A stretch of DNA of 64,000 nucleotides, taken from Octopus sinensis. Lineage: Eukaryota. How positions within the stretch are numbered: position 1 is the first letter of the stretch; every line of letters starts with the position of its first letter. The position numbers were made by a program, and so were the translations under genes. Below the pieces are notes generated by a model. That model did no database searches, was not told the DNA's origin, and worked only from the letters and a program-made list of their open reading frames with translations. Shown piece after piece: positions 36,046-49,330 of this stretch. The DNA lies in assembly GCF_006345805.1 (NCBI RefSeq), contig NC_042998.1, forward strand, positions 159,960,001 to 160,024,000, written 5' to 3'.

Positions 36046-38019
36046 ATATATATATACACACACACACATGCACACACATACACATACATTTGTTTTACAT
36101 CCATTCTCCTATGCTTGCATTGTTTAAATTAACTATCAGCTACTGAGGTAACCACTTTGCACACACTTTCTGATACCCACTACTTTCTGTAATAGATTGT
36201 GACTACAGTACAGTTGTGCAGCAACCACATTTGTACTGTGATTACAACTGATTCACATGGACAGATGAATCTGTCCATGTGAATCAATTGGTCAAATTTC
36301 TGGAAATTCTAGCTGCATAGTTTGCTTTTAGTGCTGGTTTCCTCTTGAAATTTTTTCATCTATCTGTCCACATTACTCTTGTCAGTGGTGTCGTTCTCAG
36401 TAAACAACTTATAGACCTTTGGGGAGGTCCTCTTTCATCAAGAATGTAACAATAGCATGTTGCTTACTTGCCTGCAATGTAAAAGAACAGGAAGAAGAGA
36501 TAAAGACGGCAGCAGTTACTCTGCCAGCACGTGCAATTCGAATGAGCTATATCCGTTAATAAAAAAGTTATGTCCTTTGCATTAGCTTTGGTATAATTTT
36601 CATGCCCCGTGCCTGTAAGAGAGAGTGTGTGTGTGTATTAAATATATGTTACATATATACATGTATGTATAGATGTATATATAAACATATATATGGGTGT
36701 GTGTATATGCCATGTAACCTCACACATGTTTTCTTGGACATTTTCTTTCCTTTTTTGGATCTTTCTTCCCACCTCTTTCTCATGAAGTCATGCTCAAAAC
36801 GTTACATCGCACCTCATTTTCCATTTTATACTGAGCATTTCATGTGTATGTCCTTTTGACTTTTGTTGTTTTTCTTTATAATTTTCAATTTGCCTATATA
36901 TATATATACGTATGTATATATATGTATGTATATATGTATATATGTATATATATATATATATATATATTTAATAATATATTATTATTACTAATATAAAGAA
37001 ATCAATATTGAACTCAACATAAAGATGTACCCGTGTGAAAGACCTTATTGTATTAAAAATATAAATAAATAAATAAATAAATATAAAAATATAAATATAA
37101 TGTATAAGATAAATTTGGTAGTTTAAAAGTTTTGAATTGATTTTTTTAAGCATCTTACAATCGTTTCGCAGAAGAATTGTCCCTATAATGAAATCCTATA
37201 TTGATAAGCATTTATAGACAACCCTTCTGCTCTTCAGAGATATAAAATATGAATATTGTATAACATATCGAATGATAGTTTATTAAAAAATTGAAGTAAA
37301 ATTGTAAAATGGTGTTTGTAAAATAGTGTTTGTTTGAAATGCAAAATAAAAATTAAAAATTACTACTTTTGATGAGAGTCTTTAAATCCATATATATTTC
37401 CTTGGTTATTCTACTGCAATAATTCATAATATTCATACTCAAATTCCGTCATATTATCTTGCATTCCAGTGTAGTTCATATAGTTAGTTTAGAAATGTGA
37501 AAAGTGTATATACTTTAGTACGAGAATCTTGAAATTCATATATCTGTAGCAATCCAGGACACTTTTGTCTTGGTAATTCTTCTGTAGCAATCCATAATAT
37601 TTTTGTATAAAATTCATTATATTATCCGGTAATCCAAATATAGTTCAAAATACAAAATCAAATTATATTTTAAATTATATTTGAAACTATGAAATTGTAA
37701 AATTATAAACTGGCCTCAGTATTTCTTTTATATTTTTATTTTCATAATTGGAAGATACCAATTAAAATTTTAGATTTTTAAATTTAATTCAGTTATAACT
37801 GTCCATTTGTTATAGATTAGATGGACCCTGGTTCTAATTCTAGGAATGTCTATTCGATCTTTATGTAATGTCTAATTTATAATTTATATCTTATAAATTT
37901 ACTTATAGATTAGATGGGCCAGGGTTCTAGAATACTAGAATACATAATAATAATACTAATATAAAAAAATATAAATTCAGTATATAATATACTTATTGAA
38001 TATATTTACCTAAAGATTT

Positions 38020-38122
38020 ATGTATGTATGTATGTATGTATGTATGTATGAATGTATGTATGTATGTATGTATGAATGTATGTATGTATGTATGTATGTA
38101 TGTATGTATGTATGTATGTATG

Positions 38123-38155
<33 letters not shown>

Positions 38156-38196
38156 ATGTATATATGTATATATATATTGTGTGTGTGGTATGTATC

Positions 38197-38230
<34 letters not shown>
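38020..38230. repeat. (TATG)n/(TG)n/(TA)n microsatellite block
   Basis: Read directly. Confidence 0.95.
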
Positions 38231-38231
<1 letters not shown>

Positions 38232-40260
38232 GGGCTATTAGACAAAAGAAACAGGCTTGGAAGGCCTGGAAGAACGGTGGTAGCAGGGAAGTGTATCAGA
38301 CTGCCAGAAGAAGCTAGGAGACAGGTCTATCTAGCCAGAGGGGAAGCAGATAAAAGAAAAATTTGCCAATGTCCTGCGCCGTGAGGATGAAAGACTTGAG
38401 GTATTTCGTTGTGTTGCAAGACAGTGTGTGAGAGAGAATCGAGATGTGGTAGGAGAGAAATGTGTTCGCATGGAGGATGGTTCACTTGCGTTAAATGAGG
38501 ATGCAAAGAGAGAAGCTTGGAGACGCCACTATGAAAGGTTGCTGAATGAGGAAAATGAATGGGATAAAGAAGAGTTGCCGAATGTTGACCAACAGAGGGA
38601 CCAGCTATCGAGTTGATAGTTCCGTGGTAGCTAAGGCAATTAGAAGCATGAAGACAGGGAAAGCCCCAGCCCATCAGGAATTACTGCAGAGATGCTCAAA
38701 ATATCTGGTAGTGTCGGCTATAGCATAGTCACCCGTATAGTTAACCAGGTGTGATACACGAAGGAGTCATACCCAATGACTGGTGTAGCAGCATAATAGT
38801 CAACTGCTACAAAGGTAAAGGCGATGCCCTAGATACAAATAACTACAGGGGCATCAAGCTGTTGGATCAGGTAATGAAGGTTACGGAGAGGGTTATAGCC
38901 CAGTTAATTAGAGAGAGAGTTAGCTTAGATGATATGCAGTTTGGGTTCGTGCCAGGGAAAAGTACTACTGATGCTATATTCCTGGTAAGACAGCTGCAGG
39001 AGAAATACCTAGCCAAAGTAAGCCCTTGTACCTGGCTTTTGTTGACTTAGAGAAAGCCTTTGACAGGGTCCCCGATCCCTTATCTGGTGGTCAATGAGGA
39101 AACTAGGGATAGATGAATGGTTAGTGAGAGCTGTGCGAGCCATGTACAGAGACGCAGCTAGTAAGGTGAGGGTTGGCAACGAGTACAGTGAAGAATTCCG
39201 GGTAGAGGTTGGGTCCACCAAGGTTCAGTCCTCAGCCCCCTCCTATTTATCATAGTCCTCCAGGCAATAACGGAAGAATTTAAGACAGGATGCCCCTGGG
39301 AGCTCCTATATGCTGATGACCTTGCTCTAATTGCTGAGTCACTATCAGAACTGGAGGAGAAGTTTCAGGTGTGGAAACAAGGATTAGAATCGAAGGGCCT
39401 TAGAATCAACCTAGCCAAAACCAAAGTCCTAATAAGTAGGAAGGTGGACAACCACAAACGACTTCAGTAGATGGCCCTGCTCGATCTGTAAAAAAGGTGT
39501 AGGTAGAAACTCTATAAGGTGCACCAAGTGTAAGCTATGGACACATAAGAGGTGCAGCAATGTCAAAGGAAGGCTAACTAAGAAAATAGTTTTTGTCTGT
39601 GGCAGATGCTCAGGAGAAATAAACACTGGAAATGTGCAGAGTCCAACTTCTACCACGTTCCAGGGAGACAAACTAGAAGTAGTTGATAGCTTCCGCTACC
39701 TAGGAGACCAAGTCAGTAGCGGGGGTGGGTGTGCTGAAAGTGTAACTGCTAGAGTAAGAATAGCCTGGGCAAAGTTTAGAGAGCTCTTACCCCTGCTGGT
39801 GACAAAAGGTCTCTCGCTAAGAGTAAAAGGCAGACTATATGATGCGTGTGTACGTACAGCCATGCTACATGGTAGTGAAACATGGGCCGTGACAGCTGAG
39901 GATATGCGTAAGCTTGCAAGAATGAAGCCAGTATGCTCCGATGGATGTGTAATGTCAGTGTTCATAATCGTCAGAGTGTAAGTACTTTGAGAGAAAAGTT
40001 GAACCTAAGAAGTGTCAGTTGTGGTGTGCAAGAGAGACGGCTGCGCTGGTATGGTCATGTGACGAGAATGGCTGAAGATTTAGTGGTGCAAAGTGCTACA
40101 ACCTAGCAGTTGAGGGAACCTGTGGAAGAGGGTAGAGACCCAGGAAAACCTGGGACGAGGTGGTGAAGCACGACCTTCGAACTTTAGGTCTCACCAAGGA
40201 AATGACTGAAGACCGAGTCCTATGGAAGTGTGTGTGCATGAGAGGACCCGGCAGGACTAG
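38231..40260 (+). pseudogene. 5'-truncated RTE-clade LINE ORF2 (RT with PHD insertion), frameshifted by single-base indels
   Basis: NYRGIKLLDQVMKVTERV, QFGFVPGKSTTDA, AFVDLEKAFDRVP, QGSVLSPLLF, LLYADDL, FRYLG, MLHGSETW, RLRWYGHV; stop at 40258-40260 (TRQD*). Confidence 0.95.
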
Positions 40261-42541
40261 TCAGGCCATATCCCGTGGCCCCTACCTGGGACGTAGTCGA
40301 TCCACCTGTGCATACCTTCCTTCTTGTGACACTGTGAAGGGAACCTGTGGAAGAGTAGACCCAGGAAAACCTGGGACGAGGTGGTGAAGCACGACCTTTG
40401 AACTTTAGGTCTCACCAAGGAAATGACTGAAGACCGAGTCCTATGGAAGTGTGCTGTGCATGAGAGGACCCGGCAGGACTAGTCAGGCCATATCCCGTGG
40501 CCCCTACCTGGGACGTAGTCGATCCACCTGTGCATACCTTCCTTCTTGTGACACTTGTGAAGACCTGCTGAGGCAAGTGAAAATCAATCAAAATAGATGA
40601 ACATCATGGAATTTGTATCTTTGTGGTACCAGTGCCTGTGGCACACAAGAAAACCATCCGAACGTGGCCGTAGCCAGTACCGCATCGACTGGCCTCCGTG
40701 CTGTGGGAACATGGGGCACATAAAAACACCATCCGAAGACCCGGCAAGACTAGTCAGGTCATAACCCGTGGGCCCTACCTGGGACGTAGCAGTCCACCTG
40801 TACATACCTTCTGACTTGTGAAGACCTGCTGAGGCAAGTGAAAATCAAATCAAATCAAAACAAATCAAAATAGATGAACATCAATGGATTTGTATCCTTG
40901 TGGTACCAGTGCCAGTGGCACACAAGAATCCATCCGAACGTGGCCGTAGTCAGTACGCGCTTGTGGTACCAGTGCCGGTGGCACACAAGAATCCATCCGA
41001 ACGTGGCCGTAGTCAGTTACGCTTGTGGTACCAGTGCCGGTGGCACACAAGAATCCATCTGAACGTGGCCGTAGTCAGTACCGCATCACTGGCCATCCGA
41101 TCGTGGCCGTTCGCCAGCCTCATCTAGCACCTGTGTCGGTGGCACATAAAAAAACACATCCGAAGACCCGGCAAGACTAGTCAGGCCATAACCCATGGCC
41201 CCTACCTGGGACGTAGTCAGTCCACCTGTGCATACCTTCCTTCTTGTGACACTTGTGAAGACCTGTTGAGGCAAGTGAAAATCAAATCAAATCAAATCAA
41301 AACAAATCAAAATAGATGAACATCAATGGAATCTGTATCTTTGTGGTACCAGTGCCGGTGGCACACATGAGAACCATCCGAACGTGGCCGTAGCCAGTTC
41401 AGCATCGACCGGCCTCCGTGCTGTGGGCACGTAACAAACACCATCCGATCATGGCCGTTCGCCAGCCTCATCTGGCACCTGGTCGGTGGCACATAAAAAC
41501 ACCTTCGAAGACCGGCAAGACTAGTCAGTCCACCTGTGCATACCTGTTTGTGACACTTGTGAAGACCGGTTGAGGCAAGTGAAAATCAAATCAAATCAAA
41601 TCAAAATAGACAAAATAGATGAACATCAATGGAATTTGTATCTTGTGGTACCAGTGCCCGTGGCACACAAGAAATCCATCAGTGCGGTGGGCACATGACA
41701 CACCATCCGATCGTGGCCGTTCGCCAGCCTCATCTAGCACCTGTGTCGGTGGCACATAAAAACACCATCCGAAGACCCGGCAAGACTAGTCAGGCCATAC
41801 CCATGGCCCCTACCTGGGACGTAGTCAGTCCACCTGTGCATACCTTCCTTCTTGTGACACTTGTGAAGACCTGTTGAGGCAAGTGAAAATCAAATCAAAT
41901 CAAATCAAATCAAATCAAAACAAATCAAAATAGATGAACATCAATGGAATTTGTATCTTTGTGGTACCAGTGCCGGTGGCACGTGGCACATAAGAAAACC
42001 ATCCGAACGTGGCCGTAGCCAGTACCGCATCGACTGGCCTCCGTGCTGTGGGCACGTAACAAGCACCATCCGATCGTGGCCGTTGCCAGCCTCATCTGGC
42101 AACCTGTGTCGGTGGCACATAAAAACACCATCCGAGCGTGGCCGTCTGCCAGCCTCGTCTGGCACCTGTGTCGGTGGCACATAAAAACACCATCCGAGCG
42201 TGGCCGTCTGCCAGCCTCGTCTGGCACCTGTGTCGGTGGCACATAAAAACACCATCGAGCGTGGCCGTTCTGCCAGCCTCGTCTGGCACCTGTGTCGGTG
42301 GCACATAAAAACACCATCCGAGCGTGGCGGTTGCCAGCCTCGTCTGGCACCTGTGTCGGTGGCACATAAAATCACCCACTACACTCTCGGAGTGGTTGGC
42401 GTTAGGAAGGGCATCCAGCTGTAGAAACACTGCCAGATCTGACTGGACTGGTGCAGCTTTCGGCTCCCCAGACCCCAGTTGAACCGTCCAACCCATGCTA
42501 GCATGGAAAGCGGACGTTAAATGATGATGATGATGATGATG

Positions 42542-42545
<4 letters not shown>
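40243..42545 (+). repeat. Amplified 3'UTR array of the LINE, including a 222-bp duplication of the ORF end and 58-bp sub-repeats
   Basis: Unit starts at about 40243, 40465, 40736, 41162, 41508 and 41772; same tail as 32800-33290. Confidence 0.9.
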
Positions 42546-42601
<56 letters not shown>

Positions 42602-42801
42602 AAAAGTTAAGATAGAAAATGCTAAAATTATTTTATAAAAAACATTCAGTACCGTTTCAGTCATTGAGACTTTTTCAACTGGTAAGTATGGAACGCAAAT
42701 TTGAAAAATTAAAAGGAAAATTTTTTTTAAAAGAATATTTGTATAGTGTTCACATACAAGTGGCATTTTCCTTGTTTCTGCCAGCCTCTGTCTCTCTTGT
42801 T

Positions 42802-42840
<39 letters not shown>

Positions 42841-43327
42841 CTGTGCACACAGACATGCACAAGTCCGCACATACATTTATATCTATCCATATTGAAAAAT
42901 TACAAGATTGTTGTAGATAAGAGAGAGCTATGAAGTACATAATTTCTTTTGAAATTATATTTTTACAGAAACATATGATACTTGAGATGGTGTAAATTCC
43001 ATATAGGTAGTAGTGAAGGTGCAGACTTGGGAGATAACATTTTTGAAAAGTATAATTTTAACAATGGGAAGAAATCAAAAGACATTATCAATTTTTTTTA
43101 CTATGACACACATATACTTGGAATGCTTAAACAAATCTCTGTACTCTTTTATACATCCTTATAGAATACATTTAATACATCTTTTAATATCAAGAAAAAG
43201 TGCATATAGTTGGTTTTAAACCAACATTCTCAGTCAATAAAAGGCAATAAATTGCACTTGTTGCCCCATACAGCTGCAAATGTGAGATAATATACCAATA
43301 ATATTTATGAATATGTACATATGTATC

Positions 43328-43402
<75 letters not shown>

Positions 43403-43832
43403 ATATATATATATATATCAATTAAGAAATGGAGTTAAATGCGGAAGTTATTCAAATCTTTATACTTCCGACATATGCTTCATCATATACACAGTAATCA
43501 CATTCAGTTAAAATGGCTTATTGATGTGTTTTGTTTCTTGTTTTTCACTGATGAGATGATTACATTGTTTGACATCATTTTATTCCCTCGGGAATAAATA
43601 ATGTTTTCTTCGATACATATGTTGGAAGTATCAAAATTTGAATAACACCTGTGTTTAACTACATTTCTTAATTTATCTATGTTATACATAAACATTTCGC
43701 TAAACCATGGAACTCCTACCGTTATAAGTAGGCTGTAACATCCTTGGTACTTATGTGAATTTTTGCTACCCGGGTAACTATTTACTTATTTTTTCCATGT
43801 TATTTGTACACTTGAAAAAGTACATGTACATT

Positions 43833-44005
43833 TGGCGTTAGGAAGGGCATCCAGCCGTAGAAACTTTGCCACATAAGACCGGAGCCTGGCGCAGCCTTCT
43901 GGCTTCCCAGATCCCCAGCCTTCTGGCTTCCCAGATCCCCGGTCGAACCGTCCAACCCATGCTAGCATGGAGAACGGACGTTAAACAATGATGATGATGA
44001 TGATG
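43833..44005 (+). mobile_element. Short RTE-tail SINE with internal 24-bp tandem duplication
   Basis: gccttctggcttcccagatcccc occurs twice; sister copy at 55621-55760. Confidence 0.85.
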
Positions 44006-44247
44006 ATATATATATATATATACATATATATATACATATAAATCTTAGGGTAGCAAAAAAATCATAGAAAAACTGTATTTTTCTGTGAATAATATATAGT
44101 CTATTGACTAATTTTTTTCCTTCTCACTAGACCACTGGTAGCAAAGAATTTTTCTATGATTTTTTGTCAGATGTCCTATTATGGTCGTCTCTTATGTGGT
44201 TAAATGTACACTATTTTTCTATGAATAGTATATATATATATATTGTA

Positions 44248-45350
44248 CTAGCAGAGTTACCCGGCATTGCCCGTGTTACATGCAATTGAAGAATTACACT
44301 TTTCTGTTATATTTTCTGTAATGAACTGGAATACCTATGTTTCGAATTTCATCAACATTGCAGATGAGGGTTATTTCCCTCCTTACACACCTTAAAAAAA
44401 TTGTAATCATGCCACATGTATCCCATACTATTGATTTTTATGCGCTTATTCCAAATTTCCAGTCTTATAGAACCTGTCAAAAGGATTTTCCTCCTGAAAA
44501 ATGGAGGTCATGGAGCTCTAAAATGTGAGAGTTAAGGCCCCTATTGGGGATGGGCATCTTAATGTCAACCAGAGAAGTTGAATTGTTGAAAATCTTTTTA
44601 ACTTGGGTCCTATATCTATTGTTTGAATTTCTTTGAAATAGGAAATATATGTTCACTGGGTTTGTAAAAGAGAGCAAAGCTACAGGAAACCAAAAGATGA
44701 ATGATCACAATAAGCAGTCAGCTACAGTACCCTAGTCATTACCACTCCCAATGTAGTATTCCTCACCATGCAAGTGACAGGCACAGCTGTAAGATGCATT
44801 ACGAATCTATAGCAATTGGAAGAGCATGACCCAACTGAAATAAACATTAACAACTGTGTGACGTGAGGGCTAAGGAGAAATGAAAGTTGGAGTTTGAAAA
44901 TGACCACTATACTGATACGGAACTGCACAGAATAAATTTACAATCTATAAATGTCTTTGAATAACCAGTCACTCATCTGGGAAGGCCTTGAAATCAATGT
45001 TACCATGGGACTATGTGTGACCCAGTGATATTAAAAAGACTGAAAGGAGGTCTGCAATCAAATAACTTTACTCAACACTTTGCAACTGAATCAGTGGAAG
45101 CAAAGATGCCTTTCATTTATTTGACAATTTATGCAGCACATTGCAGAAATCACAATCTAAGTGTATGTCAAAGCTAACTCTTACACTGTTGTGCCATTGA
45201 ATTACAAATAATGCCCATCTTTTATGCTTGGGTGACCCTACAGCTTCCAAGAGTACAACTGTGTTCGTCTTTGCTTAGATAAAATGGCTAAATTGTGGGT
45301 GTTAAATCCAGATGAAGGGGTCTTTCTAACTTGTAAGAAGATGAAATTTT
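44248..45350 (-). mobile_element. Helitron 3' part with decayed PIF1-type helicase remnant
   Basis: Minus-strand 3' end: hairpin (cgggcaatgccggg)...CTAG|t at 44248; peptide remnants LNSHILEL and SSNCYRFV..L resemble Helitron helicase motifs. Confidence 0.6.
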
Positions 45351-45534
45351 ATAAATATTACTTCATTTGTATCTAATATGTATGGTTAAAATTTCATCAA
45401 CAGCAAAAATATATGAATTGTCATGGGGGTTATTGCCCTTATGCATAGAATATAATTTTCAAAGTTCCTAAAGATCCATTCAGCACTTTGGCAAACAAAA
45501 ATATGAGAGACTGCCTAGTGTTTTTTTTTTTATT

Positions 45535-45840
45535 TTGATAAGCCTGGTACTTATTCAATCAGTTTCTTCTTGTGAAACCAGTAAGTTATGGGGTTGTAAA
45601 TAAACAAACAGCAGTTGTGAAGCAGTGATGAGGGAGAAACACAAAGACTTACATATATACATACATATATATACGACTGACTTCTTTCAGTTTCTGTCTA
45701 CAAAATCCACTGACAAGGCTTTGGTTGGTCTGAGACTATAGCAGAAGACACATGCCAAGTTACCATACAGTGGGACTGAACTCAGGACCATGTGTTTTGG
45801 AACCAAGTTTGTTACCACACAGCCACACCTGCACCTATGT
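45535..45840 (-). mobile_element. tRNA-derived SINE (4493 family)
   Basis: Reverse-complement match. Confidence 0.75.
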
Positions 45841-46150
45841 ATGTGTGTGTGTGAGTATGTGTGTATGGGTGTATATATGTATGCATGTATATATGTGTGT
45901 ATATATGTGTACATATTACATGTACATCTATATACATATACATTATATACATATACATATATACATATACATCTATATATATACATGTATATATATACAT
46001 CCATATATATACATTTATATATGTAAATTTAAATTTAAAATAAGGGTGAAAAATTGAATATTAATTTGATTAATATGAATTTAAAACCAGTTGTAGCATA
46101 TTGAAAAGTCTGAAGTGCTTTAGAAGAAATTATATTATATACATATAAAA

Positions 46151-46277
46151 GGGATGACCTGTAAGTGGACGTCCATTATGCTAGAAGATCCACTATGGTC
46201 TTACCATTCCTTTGTTAGTGGTAAGACCATAGTGGATCTTCGTCTAGCAAAATGGATGTCCACTAACAGTTCATCCC
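46151..46277. repeat. Long hairpin with 23-bp perfect core stem
   Basis: gaagatccactatggtcttacca (46184-46206) / tggtaagaccatagtggatcttc (46219-46241), 12-nt loop, imperfect extension. Confidence 0.9.
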
Positions 46278-46726
46278 TCTTATATAATAGTTTCACTTTA
46301 GTAGTTTCAGTATTAAAGTGAAAGCATCTGACATTACAATAGAGAGATGTTTTTGTTTCACTTTTAACACGTAATACTGAAATAGTGGAGAAGATATGAT
46401 ATTGCTGTGGGCTCGCCCTAGGCAACAAGTTAACAAAATTTTTTGCTCATGATACTACATGGACCCTAAGTAAGGCATGTGTAAAATTTGAATGAAATTG
46501 GTTGTGTAATTCTCAAGTTTTAGGGATTCATACAGACAGACACACACACACATTCTTAGTTTTATATATATAGATATATATTCATATATATATATATATG
46601 CACAAAGATATAAATACATATATATATGTATATATATATATATATGTATATAAACACATACATATATGCATACAAAAGTCTGCTCCAGGCTCGTATTAGG
46701 CAAGAAGTTGATAATTTATATATATA

Positions 46727-47845
46727 CTAGCAGTATAACCCGGCCTTGCCCAGAATTAAATTACAATTATTAAGCTAATCAAGTTTTATTTTAAACCAAA
46801 CTCAGTAATATCGACGTCAAATTTGGGCAAAATCCATTGAAATTGGTTTATATATATTGCATGTGTTTTTTGCACGCATACATGTTCATAAACAGAAATT
46901 AATGGAAAAAATGTTGGTAAATTTATAGATCAACACTCGCACAATTTTCATTAAGAAAAAAAATCGTTTTTTTTTGCATGGAATCAACTACTCTGGCCTC
47001 CTAATATGCTACAAAACCCTTTTTGTGGTCCGTAAAACAGAGTGGGGTGTGGTGGAAGCCCCGGAAATTGTACCCATTTATATTGTGTTATTCACTGACA
47101 AACTGTTACCTACCTCTTAGTTTCTTTGTTGTTAAATAAATGGATTCTCAACAAAACACTTTTTTGCTCAGCGTAAAATAAGAACAAAACTCTTTCGCAC
47201 CCAAAGTAATATGTGTGTGAGAGAGAGGGGGGGGATGAACGATTTAAAATAAATATACTGTAATTGTTGTGTGAGAAAGTATATATAATCTGATCATAAA
47301 ATATAGTGTCTTTCAAAAACATCCTGAATTTGAACACTATATCTTGTATTTAAGAAAAAAACAAAACATTTTACATTTTATTTTTTATGAATGCTGCCAA
47401 ACTCTCCCTCTCTTTCTCTCTCTCACTTTGTCTTTACCATTTTTTTTGTTAGACGCTGTGAAACTCTGCCTCTCTTCCACTTTTCTTTACCTTGTTTTTT
47501 TTTTAGATGCTGTCAAACTATCCCCCACTCTTCCTTACACATACTTTTTCTTTACTTTTTTTGTTAGATGTTGTGAAAACTCTCTCTCCCTCACGTACAC
47601 ACTTTCGCTTGGCTATGGCTAGAAGGGACTTAACTCATGTTAGCAACCTTCAAAATTGGTAAAAGCTATGGCCGAAAATAGATTTTTACCGCTATCCGCG
47701 GGTGCCTCAGGAAAAAAATAAGTGGACAAAACCCAGATAGAATGTTGACGAATGTCCTCCTAAAATTTGAGTGACATGCGTGCTAATTCGTGGACGTGCA
47801 TAAATTACAATCACGTACACACACACACATCATGCCTTTTATAGA
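46727..47845 (-). mobile_element. Non-autonomous Helitron, copy 1
   Basis: Minus strand a|TCTATAAAAG... 5' end and ...gggcaaggccgggttatactgCTAG|t 3' end. Confidence 0.8.
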
Positions 47846-47863
47846 TACAGATATATATATATA

Positions 47864-48944
47864 CTAGCAGTATAACCCGGCCTTGCCCAGGATTAAATTA
47901 CGATTATTAAGCTAATGAAGTTCTTTATTCCCAACCAAAGTAAGTAATATAGACGTCAAATTTGGGCGGAATCCGTTGAAATTAGTTATATTATATATAT
48001 ATATATATATATAATATAATATAATATAATATAAATATATATGGGCAACAGACACAAACACACTTACACATACGTATGTATGTACACCTATTGCATGTTT
48101 TGTGCACACATACATGTTGATAAACAGAAATGAATGGAAAAAATGTTGTTAAATTTGTAGATTAACACTCGCACAATTTTCACCAAGAAAAAAACTCGTT
48201 TTTTTTGCATGGAATCAACTACTCTGGCCTCAAAACCCTTTTTGTGGTCCGTGAAACAGAGTGGGGTGTGGTGGAAGCCTCGCAAATTGTACCCATTTAT
48301 AGTGTGTAATTCACTGACAAATTGTTACTCACCTCTTTGTTTCTTTGTTGTTAAATAAATGGATTGTCAACAAAACACTTTTTTACTCGGCGTAAAATAA
48401 AAACAAAACTCTTTCGCACCCAAAGTAATGTGTGAGAGAGAGAGAGAGAGGGGGAGAAAGATGAATGATTTAAAATAAATAAATGATTTAAAATAAATAT
48501 ATTGTAATTGTTGTGTGAGAAAGTATATATATACTATGATTATAAAGTATAGTGTCTTTCAAAAACAAAAAAACAATGCATTTTACATTTTATTTTTTAT
48601 GAACGTCATAACTTACTCTCTCTCTCTCTCTCTCTCCCTCTCTCACTTTGTCTTTTCCATAAAACTTTCTGCCTCCTTCCACTTTTCTTTATCGTATATT
48701 TTTTTGTTAGACGCCATCAAAAAGTAATGGCTGGTATTTGTTATGGTTAAAAGCTATGGTTGAAAATGGTTGAAAATAGATTTTTACCCTATCTGTGGGT
48801 GCCTCAGGAAAAAAATAAGTTGACAAAACCCAGATAGGATGTTGACAAATGTCCTCCTAAAATTTGAGCGACTTGCGTGCTAATTTGTGGATGTGCATAA
48901 ATTACAATCACGTACACACACACACACATCCTCCCTTTTATAGA
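47864..48944 (-). mobile_element. Non-autonomous Helitron, copy 2 (head-to-tail with copy 1)
   Basis: Same termini; 18-bp TA-rich spacer; diverged with internal deletions. Confidence 0.8.
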
Positions 48945-49224
48945 TATGGTATATATATAAAATTAGAAAAAAACCACCTTTTATCAATTCAAAATGAACA
49001 ATTAAATTACACCATCTAGAAAATTACATATAATAGAAATATTATACTAGTGTATCATACCTAATGCAGATATATTTCAAAAAGGCAAATTTTTTTAGGT
49101 GTTTGCAATATATATACATTAAGTATGACACACAGATAGCTATTTTAATCTGATATCACTTCTGTTGCAGATACATGTGTGTGCATGCATGCACGCATGC
49201 ACACACACGCACACACATGTGTTC

Positions 49225-49284
49225 ACACGCAGGTAGATAGATAGATAGATTGATAGGTAAATAGATAGATAGATAGATAGGTAA

Positions 49285-49320
<36 letters not shown>

Positions 49321-49330
49321 ATAGATAGGT
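49225..49330. repeat. (AGAT)n microsatellite
   Basis: Read directly. Confidence 0.95.

Noticed and set aside
41925-42940. Longest ORF in the track (282 aa, minus strand)
   Set aside because: It runs through (TA)n, (CAT)n and the antisense LINE tail; low complexity with no domain.
43545-43600. ctgatgagatg...catc possible hammerhead
   Set aside because: No GAAA after the putative stem II.
44950-45250. Plus-strand PIF1-like peptide fragments
   Set aside because: The Helitron termini and the better motif matches are on the minus strand.
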